NCBI GenBank assembly: GCA_002328805.1
Contig: DCVX01000032.1
Coordinates: 1-43,658, forward strand
Direction of reading: 5' to 3'
Source: Candidatus Dojkabacteria bacterium UBA2177
GTDB taxonomy: Bacteria; Patescibacteriota; Dojkabacteria; SC72
DNA: 43,658 nucleotides
Translations under genes and position numbers: made by a program
Part shown: one piece after another, positions 39,476-43,658 of the stretch
How the letters are laid out: each line of letters starts with the position of its first letter
Position numbering within the stretch: the stretch's first letter is position 1
The notes under the pieces: generated by a model
The model's database searches: none
What the model saw: only the letters and a program-made list of their open reading frames with translations
Told to the model about the DNA's origin: nothing

Positions 39476-42400
39476 TTAAAACTTCTTAAGCCATTTCTTA
39501 GTCTCTTGATCCATTGCTATCTTTTTTTTAATGATGACATTTTTGTTAGATATCCCATCATTAACAACAATCTTAACGGGAGTATCTCCATCTGATTCTT
39601 GAATATATTTTTTCAAAGCGGCTACCTCTTCCTCGGAGTGTAAGGGGGTTATCCGAAAGGTAACACCATCGAATTGAGAGGAGTATTTCTTTGTATCTAT
39701 ATATTTAGCTTTTTGAACAATAATACTCGCTTGACCATCTCGAATGTTTAATCTACCTGCTATAAGCATGGGTTTGTTTTCCACTAGTGTATCTTTAATC
39801 TCTTTATATACCCTTGGAAAAACAACGGCCTCTGTTTTTGCTGTTTTATCCTCAATTGTAAGAAAGACCATTACTTCTCCTTTTTTTGTGGTGATTTTTC
39901 TAACTTTTGTAACCATGACGCCCAGAACTAGTAAGTCATTATTTTTCTTAATTTCTAATGCCTCTATAAGTGGAACTACATTCTTTTGGTCAAAGAATTC
40001 TTGAAGATTATCTAAGGGATGGCTGGAAAAATATAGTCCGAGGAGTTCTTTCTCCCATTTAAGAATATCTGAAAGTTCAACCTTCGCATCCGTTGGGAGA
40101 GGAGTCTTTCCTATAATGTCATTCTGGGCATCATGTCCATTCATTGAGTTATTCATTGCAAATATATCTATTTGACCCATCTCTTCGGTTTTTTTGTTTG
40201 CTTTTATTTTATTATATACATCATCTAAGACTTGAAGTAAGGCACCTCTTGCTCCAAAGGAATCCATTGTTCCTGCCATTATTAGGTACTCTATAGCCTT
40301 CTTATTTATATTTTTAAAATTTCTATTAACAAAATCATCTAGATGTTTATATTGGCCATTCTTCTCTCTTTCATGGACAATACTTTGAACTATATCCTGA
40401 CCAAGGTTTTTAATACCTGCAAGGCCAAAACGAATACTTTTGTCTCCTTCAACCTTAAAGTAAAATCCACTCTTGTTTACATCTGGGGGGAGTACTTCTA
40501 TGCCGAGTCTTTCACATTCGCCTAAATCTAGAATTACTCTGTCGAATTTTTCCAAATCACCTTCTAACAACGCAGCCATATATTCCAGTGGGTAGTGTGA
40601 TTTCAGATAAGCTGTCCAATAAGCGATAGTTGCATAAGATGCACTATGTGCTTTGTTAAAACCATAATTAGCAAACTTAACTAATCTTTCCCAGATTTTT
40701 TCCATATCTTTCTTATCATGGCCAAGTTTTACACCCCCCTCGATAAAAACTGGTTTTTCTGCTTTCATTACATCTAACTTCTTTTTCCCCATTGCTCTTC
40801 TTAGGATATCTGCCGCACCGAGAGAGTAGCCTGCTGCAACTTGGGCGATTCTCATGACCTGCTCTTGGTAGGAGATAACTCCATTAGTTACTGAGAGAAT
40901 TGGTTCTAGGTCGTCTATTATGTAATCTGGCTCTTGTTTGCCATTTTTAACTTCCGCGTAGTCAGATATAAATTGCATAGGGCCAGGTCTGTATGCTGCA
41001 AGGATATAGGAGATATCTTCCATACTTTCTGGCTCTAGGAGTTTAATTGTTCTCTTCATCCCTTCGCTTTCTAGTTGGAATATGCCAACTGTATGACCAG
41101 ACCTAATTAGTTCAAAAGTTTTTTTATCATTGGTATCTATTGTTGCAAGATCTATCTTTTCTCCCTCTCTCTCTTCTATTTTTTTTAATGCAGATCCGAT
41201 GATGTTTAGGTTCCTGAGACCTAGGAAGTCGAACTTCATAATCCCTATGGCTTCTAGATCTGACATTTCGTACTGGCTCATACCGATACCTCCGCCATGT
41301 GCGTCTCTTTGAATGGGGACATACTCCACAACGGGCTCTGGTGTAATTATGATTCCACAAGCATGTGTTGAGACACCTCTGCACAAACCAGATACTCTAC
41401 GAACAACATCTGCCAGATATCTTGTTTTTTCTGATGAGTTTATTATCTGAGCAAACTCTGGGTTGTGTTCAAGCATATAGTCAATATCTTTAGCTTTGCC
41501 AAACACTATCTCCACCATCTTGGACAGTTCGTCTGCAACATCTAGTTCAACACCAATAACTCTTGCTACATCCCTAATAGCTTGTCTTGTTTGTAATTTA
41601 CTAAAGGTCCCTATCTGTTTTACATTTTCTATTCCGTATTTCTCAATTGTGTATTCTATAACCTCATCTCTTCGTTTATCTGCAATGTCTATATCAAAGT
41701 CTGGAGGACTAGGTCTTTCAGGATTAAGAAATCTTTCAAAATATAATTCCCACTTTATTGGTTCAATATCTGTAATATCTGTAGTATAGGCTACAACAGA
41801 ACCACAGCCTGAGCCACGCATACCAACAACAATATCATTGTCTTTACAGAACCTAATAATATCTCTAACAATTAGGAAATAGTCATCATAACCTTTGTCA
41901 TGAATTGTTTTTAATTCATAATCTATTCTATCCTTTAATTCCTTGTCCAACTTTCCATATCTTTTTTTAGCTCCCTCATATGATAGCTCTCTGAGATATT
42001 CTTGTGATGTCTTTCCTGCAGGGAGATCTTTGTAGGGATTCTCAATACGGTCAAAGGTTATGTCATACTCTTCGATACTATCTACAATCTTCTGAGTATT
42101 TTCAATAGCTTCAGGGATATCCTTAAATAGACTTTGCATCTCCTTCGGATTTTTTACATAAAATTCGTTTGTTGGCATCTTCCTTCTCTCTGGATCGTCA
42201 AGCGTATACCCATCACTAATACACCAAAGAATCTCTTGTATTTGGGCATCCTCCTTATCTAAGTAGTGACTATCACAAGTAGCAACTAAAGGAAGTTCTA
42301 ATTCATCAGCTATTTTAAGAAGCCCTTCATTAACAACCTCTTGTTCCCCCATACCATTTCTTTGTAGCTCTATGTAGAAATTGTCTTTAAACATCTCTTT

Positions 42401-42880
42401 ATATTTCTTCGCAGTTTCAAGAGCATCTTTAAAATTCCCTTTTAGAATGGGTTGACTTATTGGACCTGCCAAACATGCAGAGAGAGCAATTAAACCACCT
42501 GTGTACTTACTTAGAGTTTCAATATCTATTCTTGGTCTATAGTAAAAGCCCTCCATGTGGGAAATAGAAACTATTTTCATTAAATTCTTATACCCCTCTA
42601 AATTCTTGGCTAAAACAACTAGATGAAAATATTCATTATCTATACCGTGTTCTTTCTTATCCATACTCCTTGGTGCGATATATATCTCAGAACCAATTAT
42701 TGGCTTTAGACCTTCATCTTTCATAGCTTTCTGGAATTTATAGACACCATACATATTTCCATGGTCTGTTATTGCACAAGCGTTCATTTTCTCTGCTTTA
42801 AGTTTCTCAATTAACTCAGAAATCCGGATAGTCCCATCAAGCAAAGAATACTCTGTATGTAGGTGTAGATGCGTGAACAT
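39476..42880 (-). CDS. dnaE: DNA polymerase III alpha subunit
   Basis: FTHLHLHTEYSLLDG, RGSG.GS, FERFLNPER, PDFDID, KFDFLGL, YGFNKAHS; start at ATG 42880. Confidence 0.97.
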   Translation of the reverse strand: MFTHLHLHTEYSLLDGTIRISELIEKLKAEKMNACAITDHGNMYGVYKFQKAMKDEGLKPIIGSEIYIAPRSMDKKEHGIDNEYFHLVVLAKNLEGYKNLMKIVSISHMEGFYYRPRIDIETLSKYTGGLIALSACLAGPISQPILKGNFKDALETAKKYKEMFKDNFYIELQRNGMGEQEVVNEGLLKIADELELPLVATCDSHYLDKEDAQIQEILWCISDGYTLDDPERRKMPTNEFYVKNPKEMQSLFKDIPEAIENTQKIVDSIEEYDITFDRIENPYKDLPAGKTSQEYLRELSYEGAKKRYGKLDKELKDRIDYELKTIHDKGYDDYFLIVRDIIRFCKDNDIVVGMRGSGCGSVVAYTTDITDIEPIKWELYFERFLNPERPSPPDFDIDIADKRRDEVIEYTIEKYGIENVKQIGTFSKLQTRQAIRDVARVIGVELDVADELSKMVEIVFGKAKDIDYMLEHNPEFAQIINSSEKTRYLADVVRRVSGLCRGVSTHACGIIITPEPVVEYVPIQRDAHGGGIGMSQYEMSDLEAIGIMKFDFLGLRNLNIIGSALKKIEEREGEKIDLATIDTNDKKTFELIRSGHTVGIFQLESEGMKRTIKLLEPESMEDISYILAAYRPGPMQFISDYAEVKNGKQEPDYIIDDLEPILSVTNGVISYQEQVMRIAQVAAGYSLGAADILRRAMGKKKLDVMKAEKPVFIEGGVKLGHDKKDMEKIWERLVKFANYGFNKAHSASYATIAYWTAYLKSHYPLEYMAALLEGDLEKFDRVILDLGECERLGIEVLPPDVNKSGFYFKVEGDKSIRFGLAGIKNLGQDIVQSIVHEREKNGQYKHLDDFVNRNFKNINKKAIEYLIMAGTMDSFGARGALLQVLDDVYNKIKANKKTEEMGQIDIFAMNNSMNGHDAQNDIIGKTPLPTDAKVELSDILKWEKELLGLYFSSHPLDNLQEFFDQKNVVPLIEALEIKKNNDLLVLGVMVTKVRKITTKKGEVMVFLTIEDKTAKTEAVVFPRVYKEIKDTLVENKPMLIAGRLNIRDGQASIIVQKAKYIDTKKYSSQFDGVTFRITPLHSEEEVAALKKYIQESDGDTPVKIVVNDGISNKNVIIKKKIAMDQETKKWLKKF

Positions 42881-42916
42881 AACAAATATTGCCCCAATTT
42901 GATATACTAAACCATT

Positions 42917-43636
42917 ATGCCAGAAACTGACCAAGAAAAGTCAAATCTTTCTCTAACAAGTAGAATTAAAGACTCCAATATTACTAGAGTCACAGGAGTT
43001 TTACTCCTTGTTTTGGCCTACTACTTCATCCTTTCTCCATATATAGAGACATTCTTAACAAAAGCCTTTGGTGGTGTGGCTAGAAATACTTCTAATGTGG
43101 AGGTTAACTCTCTCTCTCCAATATTTGACATACATGTTTATGCTGGTGAATATAATCTCTCTTCTATTAAAAATACCAATGAGCCTATTAGAAAAACTAG
43201 ATTCTTTACTCTTGATCCTAGGGTATTAGCTATGAACAAGTTTTTGAGTGATTACCACTCTCCTATGGCTCCATATGCGGAGGTCTTCATCATAGAGGCT
43301 GATAGATATGGTCTAGATTGGAGACTTGTAGCATCCATCTCTGGTGTGGAATCTGCTTTTGGAAATCTCTTGCCAAAAGGTTCTCATAACGCTTGGGGGT
43401 GGAGAGGAATAAATAGGAATGATGCTGGTTGGAGTATGTTTGAGGATTGGGAGGAGTCAATCACCCATGTTACAGAACGACTTGCCTTAGGATATGGCAC
43501 CGACTTAACTCCTTTTGACATCCAAGACACATATTGTCCTCCTTGTGGAGAAACAGGGCTGGATCTTTGGGCTCATGGTGTCACCCGCTTTATGAATGAG
43601 TTAGAATATTATGTAGATAATTTAGAAAACCTCTAA
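42917..43636 (+). CDS. Membrane-anchored lysozyme/glucosaminidase-like cell wall hydrolase
   Basis: TM helix then A..YGLDWRL...IS.VES.FG...NAWGW...Y.PP. Confidence 0.7.
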   Translation: MPETDQEKSNLSLTSRIKDSNITRVTGVLLLVLAYYFILSPYIETFLTKAFGGVARNTSNVEVNSLSPIFDIHVYAGEYNLSSIKNTNEPIRKTRFFTLDPRVLAMNKFLSDYHSPMAPYAEVFIIEADRYGLDWRLVASISGVESAFGNLLPKGSHNAWGWRGINRNDAGWSMFEDWEESITHVTERLALGYGTDLTPFDIQDTYCPPCGETGLDLWAHGVTRFMNELEYYVDNLENL

Positions 43637-43658
43637 AAATGTTAAAACTAATAATAAG

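Noticed and set aside
3223..41789. Many 60-140 aa ORFs antisense to or nested in long genes
   Set aside because: Shadow ORFs with Ser/Leu/Phe-rich composition, lying opposite or within well-supported genes
2070..42934. Longer starts in the ORF track (2070, 12515, 14153, 19093, 33843, 42934)
   Set aside because: The extensions overlap promoters, the ribozyme or neighbouring genes; family N-termini fit the downstream starts
1..43658. CRISPR array, rRNA, IS or prophage
   Set aside because: No regularly spaced repeats, rRNA-like tracts, transposase or phage genes seen; intergenic gaps are all under about 350 bp

Overview
AT-rich bacterial chromosome segment. The gene content, scarce Shine-Dalgarno sites and CPR-typical hypothetical proteins suggest Patescibacteria/CPR, possibly Dojkabacteria-like; this is an inference only. 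It holds housekeeping, fermentation and DNA-repair genes: glmS with a variant glmS ribozyme, pyrG, a 2-oxoacid:ferredoxin oxidoreductase plus ADP-forming acyl-CoA ligase operon, map, trxB, nrdR-nrdD-nrdG, lexA, lemA/DUF2207, a DegT + FemAB pair, mutL, uvrB, uvrC, dnaE, and tRNA-Pro(TGG) and tRNA-Gln(TTG). The most notable items are: (1) a 1684-aa RecJ-like DHH/DHHA1 nuclease with HTH-like and HNH-like N-terminal motifs and large insertions, abutting tRNA-Pro and preceded by a candidate structured RNA; (2) a class III RNR carrying two LAGLIDADG inteins whose glycyl-radical domain is a separate 46-aa ORF missed by the ORF track; (3) a glmS ribozyme with substitutions in its core; (4) an orphan lipoprotein gene with a boxA-containing structured leader; (5) a stand-alone JAB-motif protein; (6) many apparently leaderless genes. 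No CRISPR array, rRNA, integrase or transposase was seen. All calls are by eye from motifs; no database searches were run.
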